Assembly: GCF_011386835.1 (NCBI RefSeq)
Contig: NC_088812.1
Location: forward strand, 3,968,001 to 4,032,000
Length of the DNA: 64,000 nucleotides
Source: Chrysemys picta bellii
Lineage: Eukaryota
Reading direction: 5' to 3'
Shown: in pieces, positions 1 through 12,400 of the stretch
Numbering within the stretch: position 1 is the stretch's first letter
Layout: each line of letters opens with the position of its first letter
The notes under the pieces: model-generated
Told to the model about the DNA's origin: nothing
Database searches by the model: none
Seen by the model: only the letters and a program-made list of their open reading frames with translations
Translations under genes and position numbers: made by a program

Positions 1-51
1 AGAGAGATTGGCAGCTCTGGGGGGCAGGGACTGTCTTTGAGTTCTGTGTTT

Positions 52-718
52 GTACAGCGCCTAGCACAGCGGAGCACTGAGCCAGGGCTGGTGCTCCTCG
101 GAGCTACTGTAATACACCTAGTAAATAATGTACAGTGCCTGGCACAACGGGGTGCTGGGCCATGACTGGGGCTCCTAGGAGCTACCGTAATACACCTAGT
201 AAATAATGTACAGCACCTGGCACAACGGAGTGCTGGGCCATGACTGGGGCTCCTAGGAGCTACCGTAATACACCTAATAAATAATGTACAGTGCCTGGCA
301 CAATGGGGTGCTGGGCCATGACTGAGGCTCCTAGGAGCTACTGTAATACACCTAGTAAATAATGTACAGCACCTGGCACAACGAAGTGCTGGGCCATGAC
401 TGGGGCTCCTAGGAGCTACCGTAATACACCTAGTAAATAATGTACAGCGCCTGGCACAACGGAGTGCTGGGCCATGACTGAGGCTCCTAGGAGCTACCGT
501 AATACACCTAGTAAATAATGTACAGCGCCTGGCACAACGGAGTGCTGGGCCATGACTGAGGCTCCTAGGAGCTACCGTAATACACCTAGTAAATAATGTA
601 CAGCGCCTGGCACAACGGAGTGCTGGGCCATGACTGGGGCTCCTAGGAGCTACCGTAATACACCTAATAAATAATGTACAGCGCCTGGCACCATGGCGTC
701 CTGGGCCGTGACTGGGGT
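52..718 (+). repeat. 78-bp minisatellite, about 8.5 copies
   Basis: gtacag at 52, 130, 208, 286 ... 676. Confidence 0.95.
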
Positions 719-3443
719 AATAATACAGATTATGGTGGCAGTTCCTTGTGGCATAGAAAGATAACAGTGGGCAGGTATTTCCTTGAATGTTGTTAATTAT
801 GTGCATTAAATTTCACCTCCAGAACCCAGCTGCGATCAGGGCTTCACGGTGCAGGGGGCTGCACATTCATATAGGCCTTGTCTTCACTCGGAAGAAAGGT
901 GTGTTCTTGGAGAGGCAGTGTGGCGTAGTGGATGGCGTACTAGAGTGGGACTTCTGAGGTGTGGGTTCTGGCCCTGTGGGGGACCCTGGGTCAGGTCTGC
1001 TCCGTGCCTCAGTTTCCCCATCTGTAAAATGAGGATAATGCTCCGGCTTTCCTTTGTAAAGCACCTTGAGCTCTTCTGACGAGGAGAGCTAAGGATTATT
1101 ATTGGCTAACACAGGGCAAAGCCAGGGTTTGTAGTTTTCACACGAGTTATCAGGGCAAGGGAAACCCTGGGAAACCCCCATAGTCTCACTCACGTGAAAA
1201 TTACAAACTGCCATGGATCTGACCTCCTGTTAGCTGACACTACCCTTATTCCAAGTGAAAATGCACCCACAGGGAGACAGTCAGTGTCCCCTCCCCCAAG
1301 AACTGACAATCGCATGAGACCAAGGAAGGATTATGGGGAAACTGAGGCATGGTGCAATGACATGACTCACCCCTGCAGAAGAGCTGGGAATGGAAACCAG
1401 CCCTCTTGAGGGCTAGCCTTATCCCCCAAACCAGGCTTCCGCTTCCTCTTCCTCCCCGAGCTCTCTCTTCCTGCAAGTCAGCAAGTGGAAATCAAGACGT
1501 GAGCCAGCCCCTCGTGAGCAGCCAGCTCTCTGCAGATCACAGCACACGGGGACCTCAAGAGGAGTGAATGAGGAGTAGTGAGGGTCAGGATAACGGGCTG
1601 CTGCTGGGAAGGAGGGACAGAGCCTTTCATGGCTTGTCTGATCCAGCCCTGGCTAGCAGCCAGCACGGTCTGACGGGCTGTTTGCCTGGCCACAGACCAC
1701 AAGGAAAATGTGGCATATAGCACAACTGGCTTCCGTTCACGGCACTTGCACCAGGAGGGTTCCAGAGGAAAGGCCTAATGCTGGACTCACTGACGTTGGT
1801 GTAAATCTGGAGTAACCTCACTGAAGTAAATGGGTTTACTCTGGGTTTGTGCTCAGATCAGAATCGGGGCCGGAGAGTGATTGGCCCCTTAGCCTGGACT
1901 TTCTGAGTCCTAGCAGAGAAACATTGACGGGGCAAACCGGGGGCATGATCAGACTCCACTCTTATAGTGTCCCGCATCCTCCATGGATCTCAAAGCATTT
2001 TGCAAAGGAAGGTCGTCAGCACTGGTGTAAGATGGGGAAACTGAGGCACAGACAGGGAAAGTCACTTGCACAAAGAAAATCAGTAGCATAGAACCTAGGT
2101 GCCCTGACTCATATTCTCCCCTACTTTAGCCACTAGACCCATGCTCCCCCCCACCCAGGATTAAAACCCAGGTGTCCTGGCTCCCCCCAGTGCCTCCCCG
2201 TTACTCTAACCTACTAGACCACACTCCACTCCTAGAGCCGGGAATAGAACCCATGTGTCCTAGCTCCCGGCTTTAAGCACTAGACCCCACTCTCCTTCTA
2301 GAGCTAGGAATAGAACCCAGGAGTCCTGGCTTCTAATCCCCCCCCCCACTTTAACTAGATCGCCCTCCCCTCCCAGGGCTGAGAACCAAATCCAGCCCTA
2401 AAGACCCCAGTTGCTCACCCATTAGGCCATGCTGCGGCCTCTCAACCAAACATCCCGGTAGTCCAAGGGAAGCCATCGTCTTTAACATGTTTTGCACCAG
2501 CTGCTCTCTGTCTAATGTGCTCAGATGACCCCCTTCTCCCCCCCCCAAGTATCTGACAGTCTCAGAGAAGTGCTATTACATGACACACACACAAACAGGG
2601 AAACCGAGGCACGGAGCATCCGTGCCCAAGCAAGGAACTGACTCTTGGTCTCCTGCATCCCTCCGTTGTGCCTATGCTGCCGTCCAGTGATAAAAAATAC
2701 CAGACTGAAGGGCTGGGAAATTGATCTAGCCTCAGCAGAACGATTACCCCCTCCGGCTCTATGGGTCGAGTTCCCCATAAGAAGAGCCCTAATCCGGGGG
2801 CTGCGAGGGGCGGCTGATCTGGGTTTTTACCATTGGAGGCGAGAGCAGGATCCGGCCCCCTGCACTCCAGGAAGCGCCCAAGCCCAGCCCCAAGGGGAGA
2901 TCCGATCTAGGCCCAGCCCTGACCTCAGGTGGGTTCAAGAGGCTTATAACTCTAGCTTATTTAAATTCCATTCTGGCCAGGACAACAGCAGCTTTCTCGC
3001 CCAGGAATGTCGCGGGGGGGGGAGCGGCCAGGGGCTTCTTGGCAAAGCGGCTGCCTCCGAGCGCCAAGTCGGTTTGCAGGGGCCCTTTGCCCGCTGCCTG
3101 GCACGGCTGGCTCCCCTCTGGCCTGGTTGCTGGGGTTAATGGAACCTCCCCCAGCAGGGGGCGAGCTTCCATTAGGAATCCCAGCCCGGACTGCGAGCCT
3201 GCGGGAACCTGAGTCAGACACTGGGGGGGCAGCAGGGGTCTAGGGGGAGGCAGGTTAGGGGGGGGAAGCAAGAGGTAGAGAAAGTCAAGGCTCCTGGGTT
3301 CTACTCCCAGATCTGGGAGTGGGGCCTAGTGGTTAGAGCAGGGGGGCTGGGAATTAGGACTCCTGGGTTCTATCTCCAGTTCTAGGACAGAGTGTGGGCT
3401 AGTGGTTAGAGCTGCAGGGACAGTGAATTAGAACTTGTAGGTT

Positions 3444-3664
3444 GTAAAAAGCAACAGAGGGTCCTGTGGCACCTTTGAGACTAACAGAAGTACTGGGAGC
3501 ATAAGCTTTCGTGGGTAAGAACCTCATCTGGTAAGGTTGCATCTGAAGAAGTGAGGTTCTTACCCACGAAAGCTTATGCTCCCAGTACTTCTGTTAGTCT
3601 CAAAGGTGCCACAGGACCCTCTGTTGCTTTTTACAGATTCAGACTAACACGGCTACCCCTCTGA
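3444..3664. mobile_element. Penelope-like hairpin element with 12-bp direct flanks
   Basis: 84-bp inverted arms (3443-3526 and 3552-3635); AACTTGTAGGTT repeated at 3432 and 3665; end agactaacacggctacccctctgaaac. Confidence 0.75.
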
Positions 3665-4489
3665 AACTTGTAGGTTCTATCCCAGAATCAGGCAGGCAGG
3701 CGGGCGGGTGGGCTAGCTCTCAGGACACCTGGGTTTTATTCTCATCTCTGCTGCTGAATTACCTTGGGCAAGTCACTTCCTTGTTCTGTGCCTCAGTTTC
3801 CCTCTCTATAAAATGGGGATACCAGTGCCCTCCACTCAGAGGTGGGGGTCGAGGCTCCACTCTTTAAGGCTGGCAATGCGCTTTGAGCTGGAAGGAGCTG
3901 TGTAAGGACATGGTAATTATTAGTGGTGTTTCACGGAGCTCACACGGGAAGTTCCCCCCCTGTGGCCTGTGATACCGGGAGCCTGAGGTCTAGATCCCAG
4001 AGGTCCCGCCTGGGCTTAGAATCGATGAACAGAGTAGCAGGCAATTCCTGGAGTGGAGAGGCTGTGTTACAAGAGGGAACCGGAGACATGCTCGGATAAA
4101 GGGACGGACACACACACAGAGGCGCTAGCCAGCTCTCCAGGCTACGGCCTCAACCACAAAACCAGCCTTTCTGGCTAACTGCTGCCAGCGTGACCGGCTT
4201 TACTCAGGTGAGTAACCTGCATTGAAGCCAATGGGCTACGTACGTGAGCAAAGCTGCCCATGGGATCGAGTGGAATCAGGCACGAGGCTAGGTGTCAGCT
4301 TAATTCGACTCCCTGCTCCGCCATTGACCTTGGGCAACTCGCTTCCCCCCCCCCCACACCGTGCCTCAGTTTCCCCTCCCACCTTTTGTATATTTAGCAT
4401 CTGAGCTCTTTGGGGTAGGGATTTTCTCTCGCTCTATGTCTGTGCAGCGCCTGGCACAATGGGGGCCCTGATCTCAGTTGGGGTCAAGG

Positions 4490-4805
4490 CACCTGATGGC
4501 TGCAGGTGCATGTGGAAAAGAGAGGCTCCATCCTCTTCCGGTGGGGCAGGTGTGGCAGATCTCCCCTTACCTTGGGCAGGGACTTTGGGGGCAAGATCCC
4601 CTAGGCTACAGATAGGCCCAGGAGATCCCCAGCTCTCTGGGGCATCCTGGGCCGGTTCCCCTGGGTCAGGAGGGTCAGAGGGAGCCCCTTGAGTCTTGTT
4701 GATGCCGCTGGGGCTCTGGGCCCGGCGCTCAGGTGAGCTCCGCCCAGGTGAGAAGGGGGCGGGACCTGCCTGCCTGCCTCAGGTGCGGGAGGAGGGAGGC
4801 ACCTG
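4490..4805 (+). promoter_or_regulatory. Candidate CRB3 promoter: E2-box cluster plus GC box
   Basis: CAGGTG/CACCTG at 4490, 4503, 4547, 4730, 4745, 4780, 4800; GGGGCGGG at about 4757; donor G|GTGAGT at 4891/4892. Confidence 0.55.
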
Positions 4806-4809
4806 CCTT

Positions 4810-4891
4810 CCCCGGGGTCACATGAGCGAGAGGGAAGGCGGAGCTGGCCAGATCGCAGCCCTGGGAGGGAGCGGACAGACGGACAGGGCCG
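4810..4891 (+). other. CRB3: Candidate non-coding first exon of CRB3 (5' boundary approximate)
   Basis: Follows the E-box/GC-box cluster and ends at consensus donor GTGAGT. An alternative donor GTAAGT lies at 8996. Confidence 0.4.
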
Positions 4892-7800
4892 GTGAGTGCG
4901 GGGAAGGGGTTTGGGGTTCTATGGGGCAGCCCCCACCCAGGGAGCAGGCAGGGCTAAAGAACCCCGCCCCTTTAAGAGAGCCTGGACTTCCCCCCGTTCC
5001 ACTTAATGCCAGGGGACCCTCCGGGGAGGGGGATCTGCCCCCCCCAGGGAAGAGGGCATCTGCCCCTTCCCCTACTTGGAATTTGGCTGCTGCTGGTGGA
5101 GGCCGGTCTATGCCTCCCCCCGCCACCTGTGCCTTGGGTCTGGCTTCTCTGGTGCCACAGATCCGGGGGGGGGAGATGCCCCCTCCTGGGGTTACCTACA
5201 CCCACCCCCAGCCTAGGCCCGCCGTGGCCTGGGAGCGGTGACTCAGGCCAGTTCCTGCCCCAGCCCAGGGCAAAGGCGGCGAGAGGCCTGGCCGTCCCTG
5301 AGAACCCAGGCGATCGGGTGCCTGGAGTTGATTCATGTTGGAGACCGGGCTTCCTGGTCTCTCCGGGTGCTTCCTCCTTCGGGGGAGCCCCCACCCCACC
5401 CCCCCGTTTCGGGACTAGCCCCGGCTGGAGGGGCTGGGGAGGGGGTCGCTCTGGGCGGGGGTGGCACACGCAGGGTTAATGAGCTCTGGGTGACTTTCAC
5501 TGGGTTTGTGTTTAATCAGCTGGGTTAAAAATTGACCAGCGAGGCCCGGCTGAGCTGAAACCCACAGAGGGAGTCGATATAGGGGGGCACCCAGGGGCAC
5601 CCCCGTTTCTTTAAAACCATCTCCGTGCCCTGAAATGGACCCGGCAGGGCTTGCATGGGTGGGAGATGGAGTGGGCTAGGGTGGGGGGCCATCACTAGCC
5701 CTGAGTGGTCATCACTAGCCCTGATGTTGCTTCAGGGTCTTGGGGGGGGGGGGCTGGAGATTTGCCCTTTGTGGGGGCTGGTGGCTCCCGCTGCTGAGGG
5801 CCAGAAACAAGGTCCGTGATCTGTGACCTGGGCTTGTGCTTAGGAGGGCAGGAGTCCGGCTGGGGACTGAATGATTTCCCCCTCCCCCATCCCAGGGCCC
5901 CCCCTTCCCAAGGGGGTTCTGTGTGCCCCCCCCATTGCCCCGCTTCATACCCAGGTCCCCAACAGCCCCTTCCTCCCGCTCTGCACGCGCCCGGGAGCCT
6001 CAGTAGAAAGGTGGGCCCTGCCCCAGATGTGTGTCCACACCAGAGAAATGTGGTGTGGAAGCCCCCTCGTGGCCCGCTGGGACCTGCACCCCATGTTCAC
6101 CTGCCCAGCAGCCCCCAGCTCTTCATCCCCCTGGCCAGGAGGAGGGAGATGGAGAGTGGCCCTGTGGGTGTTACCTTATTATCTGGGTTCCTCTAGTGCC
6201 CCCAAAGGCGAGCACGGCCCTGTTGCGTTGAGTGTGGTGGAGACACTGTCTCTTGCCATGTAAGCTCTGTGAGGGCAGGGAATCAAACTAGACGAGGGGG
6301 GGAAAAAGAGTTTTCACAGGGCAGCAGGGGAAACTGAGGCATGGGAGAGTGACTGGCTCGAGGAGGCTCAAGGGCAGAACTGGGCGTGGATCCCGGGTCT
6401 GATTCACAGGCCTGTGTCTTAGCCACTAAACCGTGCTCCCTAAGCAAGGGTGTGCGGCTTCTAAGCCGCCCCCCTTGATAAATAGCTCCTGGAAAGAGGC
6501 AGCCCTCGCCCCAAAGAGCTTGCCGTCTAAATAGGTGGGAGGGGAAACTGAGGCACAGTGAGTTGCCCATGACCACACTGGGAAGGGAACTCGACTCTCC
6601 TGGTTCCCAACCCAGAGCCCTAGCCACTAGGCCACGCTGCCTGCCGGGTTCTTTGTAGACCTCGCTAAGCGCTCGGGACTGGTTCAGATGACATGGCTGT
6701 ATGCAGAGGCCTGTGGCTTATCTGAAATACCGGAGAGCAGCGTTTCTGATGGCAACTGGAAGAAATTTGGGTTTGGTTTGTTAGGCCATTTTATTAACAC
6801 GAGTCGCTCTCTAGCCGCGCCTGCTATTAGAGTGATTGGATGATGGGGCTGGGGGTGGGGAAATGGGCCGGGGTTTTCCTGGGATGGGAACCACAAGGAG
6901 TATGGAGCAGTGGGTAGAGCAGGGAGGGCTGGGATGAAGCCAGGACTCCTGGGTTCTATTCTCAGCTCTGCCAGTGACTCGTCATGTGGACTCCTGGTTT
7001 CTGTACCTGGCTGTGCACTGGCCCAGCACTCTGCCGCCCTCTCGCTTGGGCAAATCCCTTCCCTGCTTGGTGCCTCAGTTTCCCCATCTACAATACTTGC
7101 CTTCCTCCCGGGTCGCTGTGAGGCTGGATTCGGCCAAGGGCTGCGCGGTGCTTCGGTACCCTGGCCGCTTGCACGGAAGATGCAGCAGCTCCTCAAATGT
7201 GACTAGGATGAGGATCCGCTGAGAGCAGCAGGGATGTGGGGGGAAAGGGTCTGTTCTGTGGAGAAGGCTCCCTGAGCAGGGGCCATGGCAGGTTTGCTAC
7301 CCCTCACCCCACCCCTTTGAGCTTTGTCCTGCCTAATTTGGGGAGTCTTGGGTGACAGGAACGGCCTAGGGCCTGAAATCCTCCTCCTGCTGAAGACATT
7401 TGCATCTCCAAAGGGCTGAATCACTAGAAACTTCATTCCACACACCAAGGAGGTTCCTTCTACTATCCCCTCCTCCCCTCTGTCAGGGACTCTGTGCACC
7501 CCATTTCAGGGTTCCCCATTCCTTTCATCCCCCTATCCACCCCCTGCCAGGGGCTCTGTGTGCCCCATTCCTCACCATTATCTCTTGGACTTTCTTTTCA
7601 TGCCTTCAGCGGGATCTTTGATCTGGAGCCCTGGTCAAAGCTCAGGGATCTACCCACCAGATGTTGGGGGCTCCATGTGTCTGCTGTTCTCCCCCCCCAC
7701 ACCCCTGCAGTTTTTCTGATCATCCCCCAAATCAACAGGGTGCTGCCCCGAAACTTCCCTGGAAGTTTGGAAGCGACCGGACAGGGCATTGCGAAGTTAT

Positions 7801-8457
7801 TGCGTTTCGGACAACGTAGAAGGGCCACCAAGTAGGTCTTATGGACTCCTGAGCTTGGCCACTAATGGGTGGCTTTCTAGATACTTTGCACGGCCCCCAT
7901 CTCGCTACAATCCAGGGTCTTCACAAGCTTTCATAGATTTAGCCCCATGATTACAGAATTTGCCCAGTTGCTGCTGCCGATGGAGGAATCTCCCTGGTGG
8001 TAGCTGGTCCCAGGAAGCCGCTTAGTGAGGTGGGTGCACTCTCGTTGGGTGGGCCGGGTCGGTAGCCCTCTACTTTATCTCGGTGGGGTCCGACCGAGAA
8101 TGAGGTGGGATCCGCAGCGGGCGAGATGCTGGACAAAGACAGAATAAGAGACGGTCCCTGCCCCGAAATGCTTGTCTAAACAGACTCTCTCCACCCCTGC
8201 TGGGAGACAGGGCGGTCTCGTTTTCTCTTATTGTACAGATGGGGAAACTGAGGCACGGAGCGGGGCACTGATTTGCCCAGAGGGTCAGAACTGGGGATAG
8301 AGCCCAGGGCTCTGTCTGCTAGGCTGACATGGTGATGTCTCTTCCAGCTGCGTTGGGGCTGGATTCTATCCCGGAGGCAGCCCCACGAGGAGCAGCGTCA
8401 CGCTTGCGTACCGCGGTGCTGAGAGCTGCATCGGCTGAGGCCTAGGCTTGCTAGAGG

Positions 8458-8620
8458 AGGCAGTATGGCCTAGCGGACAGAGCCTTGGGTTGGGACACCT
8501 GGGTTCTAGGCCCAGCTCTGCCTGCTGGGTGACCTTGGGCAAGCCACTTCCCTGCCTCAGTTTCCCCATCTGTAGCATGGGGGGAATGATTGTGACCTCC
8601 CTTGTAAAGTGCTTTGGGAT
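8458..8620 (+). mobile_element. MIR/CORE-like SINE (further fragments near 1005, 2030, 3760, 7040, 8230, 15340, 23140, 42640, 53700)
   Basis: tRNA-like head plus core gtgaccttgggcaag...cctcagtttccccatctgta. Confidence 0.8.
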
Positions 8621-9334
8621 TGGCTGGATAAGAGCCTAGAATTATTTCTGCACATGCCCAGTTCCGTTCTCTCTGACTCCAACTCCTGGCGCTCCGGAGT
8701 TCCTAACGTAACCCTTTAGTGACTTCAGTACAACCCCGCCCCCTGCCAAAGGGGCAGTGGGCACCAGGAACTGGCTGAGAGAAATCCTGAGCAACCGAGT
8801 TCAGTCCGGGGAGGATCCCAGCCAGGCTTGGAGCCCCGGAGGTGCGCGGAAGAAACCAACCAACCTCCACAAGAGGTTGTAAACGCTGGGGGGGGGGGGG
8901 GGGCTCCTGAATCCCTTGCTCAAACGACCCCAAATTCGCACCACGGACCCTACCCCGCTCCCCTATGAGGCACAGCAAATTTCACGCCAATCCGAGTAAG
9001 TGGACGGATCGTAGAGCGCCCAGAAGAGCCGACCTGATGGAGGGGTAGGCTTGGTGGTCTGTGGGTCTAATGGATGCAGAGCTGGGGGCAGGGGGTTACG
9101 AGTGGTTCTGACCCCTTTCTCTCTGTCCCTCTCCCAGGTGGTGAAACCCTGGGGGCTGCCCGGTTCCCGGTCATCCCCATCTCCAAGGGCCCCCCACGCC
9201 CCCCAACGGCCTGAGGACGCCGGGAAGCAGGAGGTTGTGTGACAGTTGCACCAGCAGGATTGTGATCTCTCCAGGGAAAGGGGGAGTGACCCCCCCCCAT
9301 GTCTCCCCCTCCCTCCCAGACACCCGGGGGAGCG

Positions 9335-9407
9335 ATGGCGGGCTACAGTCACTCCTTGCTCCTGGCCGTGGCCCTGCAGTCCCTGTTACAGCCGGCCCTG
9401 GGCCAAA
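9335..9407 (+). CDS. CRB3: CRB3 coding exon 1 (signal peptide)
   Basis: ATG at 9335 in gcgATGG context; hydrophobic signal peptide; donor GTAGGT at 9408, phase 1. Upstream acceptors at 9137 and 9319. Confidence 0.88.
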
Positions 9408-12400
9408 GTAGGTGGTGGGTTGTTAAGTGCATCTGCTTCCACACCAGGGGGGAGGGGGGCTGGGAGCCAGAACTCTTGGGTGGGGAGTGGGGTCTAGTGG
9501 TTAAACAGCCTGGAGTTCTCTTAACTCCACCACTGATTGAGCGAGTGATTTTTCCCTTATGCTCACCCCTTCTCCTTCTGGTTGGTAGGGACAGAAATCT
9601 TATCTGCTGCTCCAATGGCCCAGGACCGGAAGGAGAATCCCCCTCCCTATAGGTAGTATAGGCCCTATGACACACATCCAAGCACTTCTGATTCCATGCA
9701 GCAGAGGGCAGCGGTGCCCCCCCTGCAATAAAGTGGATAGAATCGTTCACTGGAGCCCGGTGCTAGCAAGATCTACTGCGGGCAAGTCACCCTGGCAGGA
9801 GGCTACAGCTTAACTTGACTAAAGTTGCTGTTGGGCTGTTGTTAGCTGGGACAGCCGGAAGGAGGCTTTAGATTCTGGTCACCAGGGACGCAGCACCGGG
9901 GTCAACCCAGCAAGAGGTTGCTGCTGCCCCCTTCCCCCCAGGGCAAACCGCAGGTGTGTTTGTGGAAGGCCCCTTCCCTGTTACGGCTTGATCCCGTCCT
10001 GTCCCGGGCCCCGAGCCAGCCCTGGCGGAGAGCCGGGGGAGCGGGCGCGGTGGGGCAAGGTGGTTTCAGTTGTCCCGGCGCTGGGTTTCGGAGCCTGACA
10101 CGGGTGGATCCACACCCTGGAGGGGGTGGAGGGAGGGAGAGGCTGGAACAGGGGGGGTGAGTCACCTCTGCTGGGGGAATGTCCCTGGGACTGGCTGATC
10201 TGTTAGCACCCCACCCCCGTGTGTCTCTGTTTACAGGTGGAGTCACCTACAAGAGTTTTAAGACCCCCCCATGCATCAAACAAACAGTTTCAACCCCCCC
10301 CCCCCAAGCATGTAACTTACTGCTCTGGGCAAAGGGGGGGAGGGTCCAAATTCCTTATCAAGGACACTCCGCCTGCCTTGCAAACTGTATCCAGGCTGCA
10401 CAGTAAGGCCTAGTGGTTGGAGCGGGGGGCTGGGAGCCAGGGCTCCTGGGTTCCATTCCCAACCCTGGCAGGATCTAGGGCTTGGGAGGTGGGGGTGGGG
10501 TAGGAGTAGGGGCTGCTGGATTCTCAGCCCTGGGAGGGGAGTGGTTAGAGCAAGAAGTGGGAGCCAGGACTCCTGGGTTGTATCCCCAGCACTGAGAGGA
10601 GAGTGGGGTCTAGTGGTTAGAGCGGTGTGTATACTGGGGCTCCTGGGATCTATCCCCAGCTCTGGGAGGAGAGTGGGATTTAGAAGGGGGAGGGTGCTGA
10701 GAGCCAGGACTCCTGGGTTCTATCCCCAGCTCTGGGAGGGGAGTGGGATTTAGAAGGGGGGGTGCGGAGAGCCAGGACTCCTGGGTTCTATCCCCAGTTC
10801 TGCCATTGACTAGCAAAGCGGGGTGGGGGGTGTGACTTGGGACCAGCTGTACTGCCTTGTGCGGGGAGAGTCCTGTGCATACCACCCCCCCCCTCCCCCC
10901 TGCTGGATCCCAGAGCTCTGAGTCGCACCCCGGTCCTGGGAAGGGCTCCAGCCTGTTCAGGCCTGACCTGCTCTCTAGGTTGCAATGCACAACCGCCCTG
11001 GGGCTGGGAGCATGGGCTGAAGGCCAGGCTGGGGGCTGGGCAGGGCAGGATGGAGCGGAGAGGGGCACCCTGGGAGTTGTAGTTCCCTTCCTGCGTAATG
11101 GCAAGGCAGGGGAAGGGAGCGGCTGGCGTGTTGCTTACAGACTGGAAGCAGAGTCCCGGGCCCTGGGAGGCTGGATGGTGCATGGGGGAGCGGGGATGAG
11201 CCCAGGGGGGCAGTTGAGTTGTACCATCAATATTGGGTGGACCTGCTGGGAGCAGGGCTAGTGGTTAGAGCTGGGAATCGGGGCTTCTGGGTTCTGTCCC
11301 CAGTCCTGGCAGGGAAGTGGGGATGAGTGGTTAGAGCAGGGTGGGCTGGGAGTCAGGACAGCTGGGTTCTGTCCCGGCAGGGAAGTGGGGATGAGTGGTT
11401 AGAGCAGGGTGGGCTGGGAGTCAGGACACCTGGGTTCTGTCCCCTGTCCTGGCAGGGGTGTGTGGGGGGGTCTAGTGGTTAGAGCTGGGGGCGGGGGAAG
11501 TTGGGTTGCATGAGCATAGTAGGGGCTGGCTTGTGTGCACAGCTCCCCAGGTGGTAGCGTGGGCTGGTGGTTGATGGTTTTCTCTTGCTGAGCTGAGCTC
11601 CTGGGGGGCAGCGTCAGGCCAGGTTGCTGTCGGGGTAGCAGGCGAACTGTGGTTTCTGCTGGAGGTGAAGGGCCCCCAGAAGGCAGAATCAGGGCCCCCC
11701 CCCGGGGTGGTGCTAGGGGGGCGCTGTGCTGCAGGGAGTGGGCCAGGGGGCGTTGTCAGTGCTGACCCCAATGCCCCACTGTGGCACTAGGGGGCGCTGT
11801 GTTACAGGGCGCAGGGGCTGGGCTCGGTAGGGGGCGCTGTCCCGTTGAGGTCATTAAAGGTCACTCCATATGGCACTTTTCCAAGAATTGCGGTGGTGAT
11901 AATTTAGGGAGGATGTGAGAGCGCACTTGGATAACCCCAGGCTGCTGCCTCCCTAAATAACCTTCCCCCTGCCCTGGTGCACTTGAAACTGGGAATCTCC
12001 TTCACTTCCTGTCCTAAACTATTGTCTTGCTCTGCGGTGGCTAACCAGCTGCCACACCCCACCCCAGAGGTGGCTGCATGTTGGTTCTGGTGCCTGCGTA
12101 GCATCAGTGCCATGGTTGAGCTCTCTGATGGCGGGGGGGGGGGGGAACTCCAGCAGAGGCCTCCTAACAGCTAAGCCTCCTATCGCACCCCCTTGCTGTA
12201 CCCCTCCCCACACTAAGCTCCGCTCTCTTTATTCCTCTTTTAAATCAAGCCACGAACAGGAGCACCGTGACACCCACATCCGTATCGGGGCTCACGGTAA
12301 GTAGGCGTGGGGGGGCGGATCAGCTGTGTGTGTTTGGGGGGGGGGAGTTATCCCAGCATGCACTGGGGAGAGAGACTTGAGTGGAACTGGGCCGGAAGCT

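Noticed and set aside
1-4400. Expected neighbour SLC25A23 (head-to-head with CRB3 in human)
   Set aside because: No EF-hand or mitochondrial carrier peptide was recognisable in any frame; it may lie outside the window.
10237-10320. Extra CRB3 exon after the acceptor ttacag at 10236
   Set aside because: No convincing donor; peptide unlike CRB3; the existing three exons already join in frame.
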